From Candidatus Phoenicimicrobium oleiphilum (lineage in GTDB: Bacteria > Atribacterota > Phoenicimicrobiia > Phoenicimicrobiales > Phoenicimicrobiaceae), in assembly GCA_039638295.1 (NCBI GenBank), contig JBDIWJ010000016.1, positions 1 to 25,168 of the forward strand: a stretch of DNA of 25,168 nucleotides, in the 5' to 3' direction. Made by a program: the position numbers and the translations under genes. The notes under the pieces are model-generated. The model saw nothing but the letters and a program-made list of their open reading frames with translations, did no database searches and was not told where the DNA came from. This document shows positions 1 through 10,348 of this stretch, piece after piece. Each line of letters opens with the position of its first letter. Position 1 is the first letter of the stretch.

Positions 1-132
1 AGAGGGGCCTAATAGATAATATTTAATATTAAATAATACTAATCTATTAGGCTCAATCAGGGTGGCACCGCGGAAGGATAGCTCTCCGTCCCTATTATTA
101 GAATAAATGGGGATGGAGAGCTTTTTGTTTTT
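1..132 (+). promoter_or_regulatory. T-box riboswitch, 3' part (stem III, antiterminator, terminator); stem I/specifier lies upstream of the window
   Basis: T-box motif AATCAGGG-TGGCACC-GCGG at 55-73; AGGG (59-62) and GCGG (70-73) pair with CCGTCCCT (86-93); stem III GCCTAATAGAT (7-17)/ATCTATTAGGC (42-52); directly upstream of trpE. Confidence 0.93.
80..132 (+). terminator. Intrinsic terminator of the T-box leader
   Basis: AGCTCTCCGTCCC (80-92) pairs with GGGATGGAGAGCT (110-122), followed by a T-run; mutually exclusive with the antiterminator. Confidence 0.92.
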
Positions 133-185
133 AAAGAGTATTCAGAATTTTTAAAAAACAGAGTAGAGGAAATGGTGAATCTAAA

Positions 186-1679
186 ATGAAAGATAAAATA
201 TATTATCCTGGCAAAGAGGAATTTATGCAATTGGACAATAGAGCAAATATGCTTACAGTATATCGAAAAATTCTTATCGATACAGAAACAGCAATTAGTA
301 TTTTTCAGAAAATGAAGAGTAACAAGTTTAGTTATTTGCTGGAGAATGCAGAGGGAGATGGAAAGTTAGCTCGTTATTCCTTTATCGGTATTGATCCTTT
401 TTTGGTTTTTCAGAACAAAGGTTCCAAGATTGAGATAATAAAAGAAGATAAGAAAATGGTTCTTTATGAAAATCCTTTACTTTATTTACGTAAATTATTT
501 GATGATTTTAAAACAATTTCCATAGATGGTTTGCCTCGTTTTTTCGGCGGTGGAGTTGGCTACTTTGGTTATGATATGGTCAGGTTTATAGAGAAACTGC
601 CTGAGAAAAAGATTAGTGACCTCGAAATACCGGATTGTATTTTAATTTTTGCCACGACAACTTTGGTCATTGATCATTTAACTCATCAACTGTGGGTAAT
701 TGTAAATAATCCGTTAAGTGATCTTTCTAAAGAGGTGTCCTATGATAAAGCGGTGGAACAGATTGAAAGAATTATAGGTAAAATTAAAAAACCAGCAGTT
801 TTGCAAGAATTGGAAAAGAAGGGCGTGAAAAATAATATAGGAGACAATAATATATTAAAAAGCAATGTTACGCAAAAAGAATTTTTTGAAAAAGTGAAAA
901 GGGCTAAGGAATATATTTTAGCGGGAGATATTTTCCAGGTAGTTTTATCACAATGTCTTACCAAAAAAATAGGGCTCCATCCATTTGAAGTTTATCGTTC
1001 TTTGCGGAGTTTGAATCCTTCTCCTTATATGTATTATTTAAATTTTGGTGAAATTCAGGTAGTTGGAGCATCTCCCGAACCATTAGTTAGATTAACTGAT
1101 AAATTGGTAGAGAGTAAACCCATTGCTGGGACACGTCCAAGAGGAAGGACTAAATTAGAAGATTTAGATCTAGAAAAAGAGATGGTAAATGACGAAAAAG
1201 AACGAGCGGAACATACTATGTTGGTAGATTTAGCTCGAAATGACCTGGGTCGAGTTTGCTGCCCGGGGACAGTAAAGGTAATTAATTTTATGAAAGTGGA
1301 AAAGTTTTCTCATGTAATGCATTTGGTTTCAGAAGTAGAAGGTAGAATTCAACCAGATAAGGACGCTTTTGATGTATTAGAAGCTTGTTTCCCAGCAGGG
1401 ACAGTTTCTGGTGCTCCCAAAGTTCGAGCAATGGAAATTATTGATGAATTAGAGCCTAATTGTCGAGGGCCTTATGCAGGAGCTGTTGGTTATATAGGTT
1501 TTAATGGAAATATGGATACTTGCATTACTATTCGTACCATTATTTTTAAGAAGAATCAAGCTTACCTCCAGGCAGGAGCTGGCATTGTAGCAGATTCAAT
1601 CCCTGAGATGGAATATAAAGAAACTTTAAATAAATCTATGGCTTTACTTAAGGCAATAGATTTAGCAGTGAATTCTTAA
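186..1679 (+). CDS. trpE: Anthranilate synthase component I
   Basis: 497 aa; [49 protein letters not shown] motifs; first gene of the trp cluster. Confidence 0.96.
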   Translation: MKDKIYYPGKEEFMQLDNRANMLTVYRKILIDTETAISIFQKMKSNKFSYLLENAEGDGKLARYSFIGIDPFLVFQNKGSKIEIIKEDKKMVLYENPLLYLRKLFDDFKTISIDGLPRFFGGGVGYFGYDMVRFIEKLPEKKISDLEIPDCILIFATTTLVIDHLTHQLWVIVNNPLSDLSKEVSYDKAVEQIERIIGKIKKPAVLQELEKKGVKNNIGDNNILKSNVTQKEFFEKVKRAKEYILAGDIFQVVLSQCLTKKIGLHPFEVYRSLRSLNPSPYMYYLNFGEIQVVGASPEPLVRLTDKLVESKPIAGTRPRGRTKLEDLDLEKEMVNDEKERAEHTMLVDLARNDLGRVCCPGTVKVINFMKVEKFSHVMHLVSEVEGRIQPDKDAFDVLEACFPAGTVSGAPKVRAMEIIDELEPNCRGPYAGAVGYIGFNGNMDTCITIRTIIFKKNQAYLQAGAGIVADSIPEMEYKETLNKSMALLKAIDLAVNS

Positions 1680-1735
1680 AATGTAGAATTTAATGCCTGG
1701 CAACTAAATTTTACATTAGCTAAGGAGGAACAAGA

Positions 1736-2317
1736 ATGATATTGGTAATTGATAATTATGATTCTTTTACTTATAATTTAGTTCAATATTTGGTTGAGTT
1801 AGGTATGGAAACTGAAGTGTATAGAAATGACGAGATAACCTTAAAGGAAATTATCAAAAAATGTTTGATTGGAATAGTAATTTCTCCAGGTCCCTGCACT
1901 CCAAAAGAAGCTGGAATTTCGGTAGAAGTAGTTCAAAAGCTGGGGAATAAAGTTCCTATTTTGGGAGTTTGTTTGGGTCATCAATCTATTGGAGTAGCCT
2001 ATGGGGGCAGGATAGTGCCAGCAAAGAAATTAATGCATGGCAAAACCTCCTCTATTTATCATAACCAAAAGGGTCTGTATTTAGGGATAGATAATCCATT
2101 TAAAGCTGGTCGTTATCATTCTTTAGTTTTAGATCCACCTTCCTTGCCTCCCTGTCTTGAAGTCACTGCTCGTGCAGATGATGGGACGATTATGGGAGTA
2201 CGCCACAAGGAATATCCTGTAGAAGGAGTGCAATTTCATCCCGAATCTATTTTAACTTCGCCAGGGAAGAATATTTTAAAAAACTTTATAACTATCGCTG
2301 AAGAATTTAAAAGATAA
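1736..2317 (+). CDS. trpG: Anthranilate synthase component II (glutamine amidotransferase)
   Basis: IDNYDSFTYNL, SPGP, GVCLGHQ, GVQFHPES motifs; AAGGAGG RBS. Confidence 0.95.
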   Translation: MILVIDNYDSFTYNLVQYLVELGMETEVYRNDEITLKEIIKKCLIGIVISPGPCTPKEAGISVEVVQKLGNKVPILGVCLGHQSIGVAYGGRIVPAKKLMHGKTSSIYHNQKGLYLGIDNPFKAGRYHSLVLDPPSLPPCLEVTARADDGTIMGVRHKEYPVEGVQFHPESILTSPGKNILKNFITIAEEFKR

Positions 2318-2343
2318 TTTTTTAGAAAGAAGGAGACAAAAAG

Positions 2344-3363
2344 ATGTTTAAAGAATTATTAAATAAAGTAGTAATAGGAGAAAATTTGAGAGAAGAAGAA
2401 GCTCGTTGGGTAATGAATGAAATAATGCAAGGAAAAGTTAGTGCAGCTCAAATTGCCAGTTTTTTAACCGCTCTACGAATAAAAAGAGAGACAGTGGAAG
2501 AGATTACTGGATGCGCTCAAGCTATGAGAGAGAATGCAGTGAAATTAAAAAAAGTTTATCCCTTGGCGGTAGATACATGTGGTACTGGTGGAGATTGTAA
2601 AGGTACCTTTAATATTTCTACGGTTACGGCTTTTGTGGCAGCTGGAGCTGGGCTTAAAGTGGCTAAACATGGTAATAGAGGAGTATCCAGCAAGTGTGGG
2701 AGTGCTGATGTATTAGAGGCTTTAGGAATAAATATAAATTTAACTTCTTCTCAAATAGAAGAGTGTTTAGAAAAAGTGGGAATTGCTTTTTTCTTTGCGC
2801 CAACTTTTCATCCGGCAATGAAGCATGCAATAGGTCCTCGAAAAGAAATGGGATTTCGTACAATCTTTAATCTACTTGGTCCCCTTACCAATCCAGCAGG
2901 AGTAAAATATCAAGTTTTAGGGGTTTACGATTTGGATCTTACTGAATTGATAGCAGGGGTATTGGAAAAACTTGGGGTACAAGAGGCAATGGTAGTGTGC
3001 GGGGAAAATGGAATAGATGAAATAACCATAACCGGATTTACAAAGATTAGCCAGGTTAAGAATGGGATAGTAAAGACTTTCTATCTTGAACCAGAAGAAT
3101 TAGGATTGCAGCGATGTAAGTTAGAGGATATTCAAGGAGGAAACACTAAGTTTAATAAAGAAATTGCTTTAGGTATATTAACTGGCCGGAAGAAATCTCC
3201 CCACCGAGATATAGTTTTGGCAAATACTGCTGCTATTTTAGTGGTAGGAGGAATGGTTGAAGATACAAGAGAAGGAGTAAAAAAAGCGGCAGAAATTATA
3301 GATTCAGGAGCTGCTCTAAAAAAGTTAGAAGATCTAAGGAAATATACCAGGGAGTTGGCTTGA
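2344..3363 (+). CDS. trpD: Anthranilate phosphoribosyltransferase
   Basis: DTCGTGGD, FNIST, KHGNR, GSADVLEALG, RTIFNLLGPLTNP motifs. Confidence 0.97.
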   Translation: MFKELLNKVVIGENLREEEARWVMNEIMQGKVSAAQIASFLTALRIKRETVEEITGCAQAMRENAVKLKKVYPLAVDTCGTGGDCKGTFNISTVTAFVAAGAGLKVAKHGNRGVSSKCGSADVLEALGININLTSSQIEECLEKVGIAFFFAPTFHPAMKHAIGPRKEMGFRTIFNLLGPLTNPAGVKYQVLGVYDLDLTELIAGVLEKLGVQEAMVVCGENGIDEITITGFTKISQVKNGIVKTFYLEPEELGLQRCKLEDIQGGNTKFNKEIALGILTGRKKSPHRDIVLANTAAILVVGGMVEDTREGVKKAAEIIDSGAALKKLEDLRKYTRELA

Positions 3364-4181
3364 TGAATATACTGGAAGAGATTGCAAAATATAAAAAAGA
3401 AGAAATAGCTCAAGATAAAAAGAATTTTCCTCTCCAATTTTTATTCGATTTAATAGCAGAAGGATTGCCTCCTACTCGAGACTTTTTTGGATGCTTAAAT
3501 AGTTCTTCAAATGTTTCGATAATTGCTGAACTTAAATTTGCTTCTCCTTCTCGAGGAAAGATTCAAGATAAAAAGAATTTTGAAAAAATTATTCGAGCTT
3601 ATACAGATAATGGTGCAAGAGCTGTTTCAGTTATAACTGAGCGAAAATTTTTTAAAGGAGAACCAGATTATATTCGCCAGGTAAAGAAAATATCTAATTT
3701 GCCTGTTTTACGGAAAGATTTTATTTTGGATGAATATCAAATTTATCAATCTCGTTGTTTGGGGGCAGATGCTATTTTGCTTATTGCTCGCCTTTTAGAT
3801 GAGCCAACTTTAGTATGTTTTCAAAAGATAGCTTCTTCTTTAGGATTAGATTGTTTAGTGGAAGTGCATAATAAAGAAGAACTGATAAAAGCGACAAGGG
3901 CGGGCTCAAAAATTATAGGAATTAATAATCGTAATTTAAGGGATTTTTCTGTTGATTTATCTATTACAGCCAGGTTGAGTTCTCTGGTACCTCAGGATTC
4001 TTTAATAGTTAGCGAAAGCGGGATTAAAAATCACAAAGAGGTAAGAAGGTTAAATCTATATGGAATAGATGCGATATTAATTGGAGAGGCTTTAATGACT
4101 ACTAATAATCCTGGTGATAAGTTGAGAAAACTGACAGGAGTAGAAAAGAGGAAAAGGAGGAAGAAGATATATGTTGGTTAA
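3363..4181 (+). CDS. trpC: Indole-3-glycerol phosphate synthase
   Basis: IAELKFASPSRG, LRKDFI, GADAILLI, GINNRNL, VSESGI motifs; ATG at 3363 overlaps the trpD stop (TGATG), alternative TTG at 3360. Confidence 0.96.
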   Translation: MNILEEIAKYKKEEIAQDKKNFPLQFLFDLIAEGLPPTRDFFGCLNSSSNVSIIAELKFASPSRGKIQDKKNFEKIIRAYTDNGARAVSVITERKFFKGEPDYIRQVKKISNLPVLRKDFILDEYQIYQSRCLGADAILLIARLLDEPTLVCFQKIASSLGLDCLVEVHNKEELIKATRAGSKIIGINNRNLRDFSVDLSITARLSSLVPQDSLIVSESGIKNHKEVRRLNLYGIDAILIGEALMTTNNPGDKLRKLTGVEKRKRRKKIYVG

Positions 4182-4806
4182 AATTTGTGGAATAAATGAC
4201 CTAAAGAGTGCTTTAGTGGCAGTGGAAAATGGGGCAAATGCTTTAGGTTTTGTTTTTGCCCCAAGTTTTAGACAGATCATTCCGGAGAAGGCGAAAAAAA
4301 TTATAGATGATATTCCTAAAGGTGTGTTACGAGTGGGGGTTTTTGTTGATGCTCCAATTTCTTTAGTAAATGAAATTGCAGAGTATTGTTCCCTATCGGT
4401 TCTTCAGTTACATGGTAGCGAAAGTGTAGATTACTGTAGACAACTTGAAAAGCCGGTATTAAAAGCAATTCGGATAGGAGAGAAGGGGAATTTTTATCTT
4501 ACCCCAGAGCCATACAAGGGAATAGTGTGGGCTTTTTTAGCAGATACATATCAGCCACGCAAAAGTGGGGGAACTGGGTTATCCTTCCCCTGGAAAAAAG
4601 TGGATAATATTAGAAGATATGGTCAGGTAATTTTAGCTGGAGGCCTTAACCCATACAATGTTTATCAAGCCCTTAATATTGCCAGACCAGATGGAGTAGA
4701 TATAAGTAGTGGAGTAGAAACAAATGGACAAAAAGATCCTGAGAAGATAATAAAATTTATTAAAGAAGTTCGGAGGTGGGAAAATGAACAAAACATTACC
4801 AGATAA
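4171..4806 (+). CDS. trpF: Phosphoribosylanthranilate isomerase
   Basis: [33 protein letters not shown] motifs. Confidence 0.96.
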   Translation: MLVKICGINDLKSALVAVENGANALGFVFAPSFRQIIPEKAKKIIDDIPKGVLRVGVFVDAPISLVNEIAEYCSLSVLQLHGSESVDYCRQLEKPVLKAIRIGEKGNFYLTPEPYKGIVWAFLADTYQPRKSGGTGLSFPWKKVDNIRRYGQVILAGGLNPYNVYQALNIARPDGVDISSGVETNGQKDPEKIIKFIKEVRRWENEQNITR

Positions 4807-5980
4807 TAGGGGATATTTTGGTAAATTTGGTGGGAAATATGTGCCGGAAACTTTAATGCCAGCCATAACAGAATTAGAAATGGCCTATCAAGAAGCTAAA
4901 AAAAGTCCAGAATTTCGTAAAAAATTGGATTATTACTACAGAAATTATATAGGAAGGCCCTCTCTCCTTTATTATGCCCGGAGATTGAGCGAGAAATTGG
5001 GAGGGGCGAAAATTTACTTAAAACGAGAAGACTTAAATCATACAGGTGCTCATAAGATTAATAATGCTATTGGCCAAGCACTTTTGGCTCAACAAATGGG
5101 TAAAAAACGCATTATTGCTGAGACTGGAGCCGGCCAACACGGGGTGGCAACAGCTACTATAGCAGCATTATTTGATTTTTCCTGTGCAGTATATATGGGG
5201 GAGTTAGATATAAAAAGACAAGCCCTTAACGTTTTTCGTATGAAGCTTTTGGGGACAGAAGTGATTCCTATAAAGTCGGGGAGTAAAACTTTAAAGGATG
5301 CAGTTAATGAAGCCATCAGGGATTGGGTTTCTAATGTGAAAGATACTTATTATCTAATCGGTTCAGTGGTAGGGCCTCACCCTTATCCTATGATAGTAAG
5401 AGACTTTCAGTCAGTAATTGGTGAAGAAACTAAAGAGCAAATTTTAGCGGAAGAAGGTCGTTTGCCTGATTATTTAGTGGCTTGTGTAGGAGGAGGCAGT
5501 AATTCTATAGGCTTGTTTTATCCTTTTAAAGATGATTTGGAGGTAAAGATGTATGGAGTTGAAGCTGGAGGAATTGGTTTGCATAGTCAAAAACATGCAG
5601 CGAGTTTAGAGGCGGGGAGAATAGGCATACTTCACGGAGCCAAGAGTTATGTCTTGCAGGATAAAGATGGGCAAATAAGAGAAGCTTATTCTATTTCTGC
5701 CGGTCTTGATTATCCGGGAGTAGGCCCAGAGCATTCTTATTTTAAAGAAGCTGGGAGAGTTAAATATGTTTCTGTAACAGACGAAGAAGCTTTAGAGGGT
5801 TTTAAGCTATTAGCTCAAACAGAGGGAATTATTCCAGCTTTGGAGAGTGCCCATGCTCTTGCTTATCTACTCAAATTAATTCCCCAGACCAAAAAGGAAG
5901 AGGTTGTAGTGGTATGTTTATCGGGTAGAGGAGATAAAGATAGCGAAGTAGCTATAGATAGATGGGAGGCAAAATTATGA
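4784..5980 (+). CDS. trpB: Tryptophan synthase beta chain
   Basis: [15 protein letters not shown] (PLP lysine), [32 protein letters not shown]. Confidence 0.98.
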   Translation: MNKTLPDNRGYFGKFGGKYVPETLMPAITELEMAYQEAKKSPEFRKKLDYYYRNYIGRPSLLYYARRLSEKLGGAKIYLKREDLNHTGAHKINNAIGQALLAQQMGKKRIIAETGAGQHGVATATIAALFDFSCAVYMGELDIKRQALNVFRMKLLGTEVIPIKSGSKTLKDAVNEAIRDWVSNVKDTYYLIGSVVGPHPYPMIVRDFQSVIGEETKEQILAEEGRLPDYLVACVGGGSNSIGLFYPFKDDLEVKMYGVEAGGIGLHSQKHAASLEAGRIGILHGAKSYVLQDKDGQIREAYSISAGLDYPGVGPEHSYFKEAGRVKYVSVTDEEALEGFKLLAQTEGIIPALESAHALAYLLKLIPQTKKEEVVVVCLSGRGDKDSEVAIDRWEAKL

Positions 5981-6771
5981 GAATTGAGCAAAATTTGCGT
6001 TATTTGAGAGAAAAAAGGAAAAAAGGTTTAATTATTTATATTACAGCTGGAGATCCAGATTTAGAAACGACGGAAAAATTGGTCTATACTATTGCAGAAG
6101 CAGGGGCGGATGTAATAGAGTTAGGCATTCCTTTTTCTGATCCTCTGGCTGATGGAGTAACTATTCAACAGGCCTCACAAAGGGCTCTAGAAAAAAATGC
6201 AAATATACCTAAAATATTGGCTACAGTAAAAAAAATCAGAAAAAAGATTTCTATCCCTCTTGCCTTAATGACTTATTATAATCCGGTTTATTGTTACGGG
6301 CTGGAGCGCTTCACCAGGGATAGCCAAAAGGCGGGAGTAGATGGTTTTATTATACCCGATTTGCCCTTAGAAGAGAGTGAAGACCTAAGAAATATTATAA
6401 ATAAATCTGGATTGGCTTTAATTTCCTTTTTGGCTCCTAATAGTACTTTAGAAAGGATTAAGGCAGTAGCTCAAAAAGCTCAAGGTTTTATTTATTGTGT
6501 TTCAGTTACTGGAGTGACTGGAACTAGAGAAAACTTTACACCTCAGATTTTAGAGATGATAGAAAAGATTCGTCTTTATACAGATATTCCCCTGGCTATA
6601 GGTTTTGGAATTAGTAGTCCTGAGCAAGCACAAAAAATTGTAAAATATGCTGATGCAATAATCGTAGGAAGTGCAATAGTAAAATTAATAGAGGATTCTC
6701 AAAAGAATTTGCCCATAATATTATCTCAGGTGAACAATTTTGTCAGGTCTTTAAAAGAAGCTATTACTTGA
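5977..6771 (+). CDS. trpA: Tryptophan synthase alpha chain
   Basis: [36 protein letters not shown] motifs; likely start is ATG 5977 (ATGA overlap with trpB stop, GGGAGG RBS) rather than 5962. Confidence 0.97.
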   Translation: MRIEQNLRYLREKRKKGLIIYITAGDPDLETTEKLVYTIAEAGADVIELGIPFSDPLADGVTIQQASQRALEKNANIPKILATVKKIRKKISIPLALMTYYNPVYCYGLERFTRDSQKAGVDGFIIPDLPLEESEDLRNIINKSGLALISFLAPNSTLERIKAVAQKAQGFIYCVSVTGVTGTRENFTPQILEMIEKIRLYTDIPLAIGFGISSPEQAQKIVKYADAIIVGSAIVKLIEDSQKNLPIILSQVNNFVRSLKEAIT

Positions 6772-6823
6772 GAAAAGAGAAAAATAATATTTTGTTTTAA
6801 ATTTTTTTAAAAAAATATTCCAT

Positions 6824-6837
6824 TATTGTTGACAATA
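6824..6837. promoter_or_regulatory. Candidate GntR/FCD operator (inverted repeat) overlapping the -35 box
   Basis: TATTGT-TG-ACAATA perfect inverted repeat; fits the TNGT-N(0-3)-ACNA style of GntR-family sites; immediately upstream of a GntR gene. Confidence 0.6.
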
Positions 6838-6857
6838 TACAATCGACATAGTAAAAT
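6829..6857 (+). promoter_or_regulatory. Sigma70-type promoter of the gntR operon
   Basis: TTGACA (6829-6834), 17-bp spacer, TAAAAT (6852-6857). Confidence 0.8.
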
Positions 6858-6889
6858 AAAAACTAAAGGAGTAAAATTATTCAAGGGAA

Positions 6890-7582
6890 GTGAAAATTTT
6901 GAAAGAATATTTTGAAGACTTAGGTAATAATTTATCCCTCAAAGATAGGGCTTATCAGAATATAAAGTTACAAATTATTAGAGGTAATTTAAAGCCAGGT
7001 ACCCGTTTATTAGAGGAAGAGTTATCCAAAGCGATGAATATTAGCCGAGCGCCAATCAGGGAAGCCCTGAATAGATTAGAAAAGGAAGGATTTGTTACTA
7101 TTATCCCCAGAAAAGGGGCTACAGTTTCTCATATTACTGCGCAAATGATAGAAGATATCTTTGAAATCAGGGAAACCCTGGAATCATTAGCAGTTAAAAA
7201 ATCTTTCGGGAAGATATCTATAGAGGGGTTGGAAAAATTAGGAGAAAGTTTTAAAAAATTTATAGATAAACCTGCAAATACTGAAAACTGTATTCAGTAT
7301 TTGGCTTTAGATAAGAAATTTCACGATCTTCTCAGTCAAAATTGTGGTAATAAAAAACTTATTGAATTATTGGCTAACCTTCAGGAACAGATCCATTGGT
7401 TAAGAAATATTTCTCTTAAAAGAATTAGTTTGGCTGGTTCAGTAAAAGAACATCTGGCTATTATAGAAGCTTTAAAGAAGAAGGATGAAGAGCTTATTAT
7501 TGAAGTTTTACTTCAGCACTTAGAGAGAGCAAAAGAATCCTCGCTTGTAGAAATTAACTCTTGGAGCACTACTTCTGAATAA
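6890..7582 (+). CDS. GntR family transcriptional regulator (FCD C-terminal domain)
   Basis: N-terminal wHTH (LKPGTRLLEEELSKAMNISRAPIREAL..LEKEG); FCD-type DKKFH..L...CGN, EH.AIIEAL and HL motifs; GTG start. Confidence 0.93.
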   Translation: MKILKEYFEDLGNNLSLKDRAYQNIKLQIIRGNLKPGTRLLEEELSKAMNISRAPIREALNRLEKEGFVTIIPRKGATVSHITAQMIEDIFEIRETLESLAVKKSFGKISIEGLEKLGESFKKFIDKPANTENCIQYLALDKKFHDLLSQNCGNKKLIELLANLQEQIHWLRNISLKRISLAGSVKEHLAIIEALKKKDEELIIEVLLQHLERAKESSLVEINSWSTTSE

Positions 7583-7634
7583 GTAAAAATACGATAAAGC
7601 TTAATACATTTTATTTTAAAAGGGAAAAAGTAAA

Positions 7635-9197
7635 ATGAAAACAACAAACAATCAATTTGATGTAGTAATAATTGGCGGTGGTGTAGTTGGTTGTGCTATT
7701 GCACGAGAGTTATCCAGATATAATATTAGTATTGCAGTATTAGAGAAAGAAGATGATGTTGGTTGGGGGACGAGCTGCCGTAATAGCGGAGTGGTACATG
7801 CTGGTTTTAACAATAAACCTGGTACTTTAATGGCTAAGTTTTGTGTTGAAGGGAATAGATCTTTTGCAGAACTTTGCCGCCAACTTGATGTTCCCTATAA
7901 AAAAATAGGTAAATTAGTAGTTGCCAGAAAAAAAGAAGAGATTAAAGGACTGAAAGACCTAAAAGCACAAGGGAATAAAAACCAGGTAAAAGGTTTAGAA
8001 ATCATTGACTCAACTGAAATAAAAAGATTAGAACCCAATTTAGCAGGAATTGCTGCCCTTTATTCTCCGGAAACTGCCATTACTTCTCCTTATCTATTAA
8101 CTATTGCTCTTGCTGAAAATGCCCTTAATAATGGAGCTTCTTTCTTTCTAAATACCGAAGTAAAAAATATTACCAAACTAAATAATTCCTATTTCAAAAT
8201 TACCACTAATCAGGGAGAATTTACTTCTTCCTATATAATCAATAGTGCCGGACTTTATGCTGATTATATTGCTCGAGTGGTGGGAATAAGAAGATACTGT
8301 CTTTATCCCTGTCGGGGAGAATACCATATCTTAGATAAAAATGTTTCCTGGTTAATAAATCATCTGGTTTATCCTGTCCCCCAAGCGGGAGCTGGGGGGT
8401 TAGGAGTTCATCTTACTCCTACTATTGATGGAAATATCTTAATTGGCCCAAGTAACGAATATATCAGAAGAAAAGATAATTTTTCTACTACTTCTCAAAT
8501 AATGAAAATGCTCTCCAAGGAGGTACGCGAGTTCTTACCCTTAATCTCTCCTGGTTATATTATTCGTAGTTATTCTGGCCTCCGAGCCAAACAAGCCCCT
8601 TCTTCCGAGGGTGGATTTTGGGATTTTGTAATCGAAGAAAGTGATACAATCGATAATTTTATCAATCTAATCGGCATTGAATCCCCAGGTTTAACTGCCG
8701 CTCAGCCCATTGCCCAGAGGGTAGTAGAAATTATTAATAAGAAAGAAAGACTCTCCCCTAATCCTGACTTCAATCCCTATCGAAAAGGAATTCTACGATT
8801 TGAAGAACAGGATGAGGAGACCAAAAAGAACCTAATAAAACAAGACCCCGATTACGGAGAGATAGTCTGTCGTTGTGAAAAGGTTACCAAAAAAGAGATA
8901 TTAGAAGCCATTAACAATCCTCTGGGGGCAAGAAGTCTAATTTCTATTAAGTATCGTACCAGAGCGATGATGGGCCGATGTCAGGGCGGTTATTGTTTGA
9001 CCAGGATTATCGAGATATTAAGAGAACATTTTGATCTTAATCCAGAGGAGATTACTTTAAAAGGAGATAATTCTTATCTGTTAACCGGATATAGAAGTGA
9101 TGAGGTTAGTAAACCATGCAAGAAAAAGAAGTCATTATCATTGGAGGAGGAGCTGCCGGTTTGGCAGCAGCAGTTGCCTGCCGGCAAAAAGGGATAG
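7635..9197 (+). CDS. FAD-dependent oxidoreductase, LhgO/GlpA-like, with C-terminal BFD-like [2Fe-2S] domain
   Basis: GGGVVG FAD-binding motif, TSCRNSGVVHAG, RGEY, LGVHLTPT, GIESPGLTAA; C-terminal VCRCE...GRCQGGYC. Confidence 0.88.
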   Translation: MKTTNNQFDVVIIGGGVVGCAIARELSRYNISIAVLEKEDDVGWGTSCRNSGVVHAGFNNKPGTLMAKFCVEGNRSFAELCRQLDVPYKKIGKLVVARKKEEIKGLKDLKAQGNKNQVKGLEIIDSTEIKRLEPNLAGIAALYSPETAITSPYLLTIALAENALNNGASFFLNTEVKNITKLNNSYFKITTNQGEFTSSYIINSAGLYADYIARVVGIRRYCLYPCRGEYHILDKNVSWLINHLVYPVPQAGAGGLGVHLTPTIDGNILIGPSNEYIRRKDNFSTTSQIMKMLSKEVREFLPLISPGYIIRSYSGLRAKQAPSSEGGFWDFVIEESDTIDNFINLIGIESPGLTAAQPIAQRVVEIINKKERLSPNPDFNPYRKGILRFEEQDEETKKNLIKQDPDYGEIVCRCEKVTKKEILEAINNPLGARSLISIKYRTRAMMGRCQGGYCLTRIIEILREHFDLNPEEITLKGDNSYLLTGYRSDEVSKPCKKKKSLSLEEELPVWQQQLPAGKKG

Positions 9198-10348
9198 AAG
9201 ATATTCTCCTTATTGAACGAGGAGCCTATTTAGGAGGAATCTTAAACCAGTGTATTCATGATGGATTTGGATTGGAAAAATTCCATGCTTCCCTAACTGG
9301 TCCCGAATATGCCCAAAGATATATAGAACAGGTGATAGAGAAAGACATACCTTTTTTATTAAATAGTACGGTATTGAATTTAACTCCCCAAAAAGAAGTT
9401 ATTGTGATAAATGATAAGGGGTTACACCACTATAAGGCTAAAACCATTATTTTAGCTATGGGTTGTCGAGAGAGAACTCGCGGAGCTATTGGTATCCCCG
9501 GTGCCCGTCCTTCCGGCATCTATACGGCGGGAGTGGCCCAAGAACTGATTAATCTAAAAAATTATATGATTGGCAAAAAAGTAGTAATCTTAGGTTCAGG
9601 GGATATCGGTCTGATTATGGCTCGGCGCCTGATATTAGAAGGGGCGGAGGTATTAATGGTAGCAGAAAAACTTCCTTACAGTAGTGGTCTCCCGCGAAAT
9701 ATCAATCAATGCCTTTATGATTTTGATATACCCCTTTTGTTAAGCCATACAGCAGTGGATATTAAGGGGAATGGTCGATTATCTGGGGTTACTATTGCTC
9801 AATTAGGTAAAAGAGGAGGGGTAATCCCTGGCACCAAGAGAAGGATAGCCTGTGATACCTTACTCTTATCCGTAGGTTTAATCCCCGAGAATGAACTTTC
9901 TCGACAGGCCGGCATTATCTTAGACCCGGTAACCGGGGGACCACAAGTGGATGAGAGAGGGCAAACCAGTATTCCCGGTATCTTCGCCTGTGGGAATGTC
10001 CTGCAGGTTCACGATATCGTCGATAATGTATCTTTGGAAGCCGAATATATAGTGGAGGGAGTAGTAGAATATCTGGAAGGAAGATTGACCAAAGAACGAG
10101 AAATCAAGGTTGAATTAGGAGAGGGTTTAAGGTATGTAGTCCCCCAAAGATTGATTAGCCGAAAAGATACTATCTTTTCTTTTCGGGTGAATCAGCCTGG
10201 ACAGCATAAGGTTTTATTATTTGAAGAGGGGAGAAGATTAATCAAGAAAAAATCTTTGCGAAGGGTAAACCCGGCAGAGATGGTGAGAGTGAAATTATCC
10301 TCTTTAGAATTAGAAGGTATTAAGAGATTAAAGGTGAGGTTGGTCTGA
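9116..10348 (+). CDS. NAD(P)/FAD-dependent oxidoreductase (pyridine nucleotide-disulfide family), partner subunit
   Basis: GGGAAGLAAA, LGGILNQCIHDGFG, LAMGCRER, GSGDIGLIMARR, GIFACGNVLQVHD; typical second gene of the GlpA-like/oxidoreductase/DUF1667 triad. Confidence 0.88.
   Translation: MQEKEVIIIGGGAAGLAAAVACRQKGIEDILLIERGAYLGGILNQCIHDGFGLEKFHASLTGPEYAQRYIEQVIEKDIPFLLNSTVLNLTPQKEVIVINDKGLHHYKAKTIILAMGCRERTRGAIGIPGARPSGIYTAGVAQELINLKNYMIGKKVVILGSGDIGLIMARRLILEGAEVLMVAEKLPYSSGLPRNINQCLYDFDIPLLLSHTAVDIKGNGRLSGVTIAQLGKRGGVIPGTKRRIACDTLLLSVGLIPENELSRQAGIILDPVTGGPQVDERGQTSIPGIFACGNVLQVHDIVDNVSLEAEYIVEGVVEYLEGRLTKEREIKVELGEGLRYVVPQRLISRKDTIFSFRVNQPGQHKVLLFEEGRRLIKKKSLRRVNPAEMVRVKLSSLELEGIKRLKVRLV

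Noticed and set aside
172..189. Five-codon ORF MVNLK overlapping the trpE start, as a possible leader peptide
   Set aside because: No Trp codons, lies downstream of the terminator, and its candidate RBS is only 1 nt from the ATG; the T-box explains regulation
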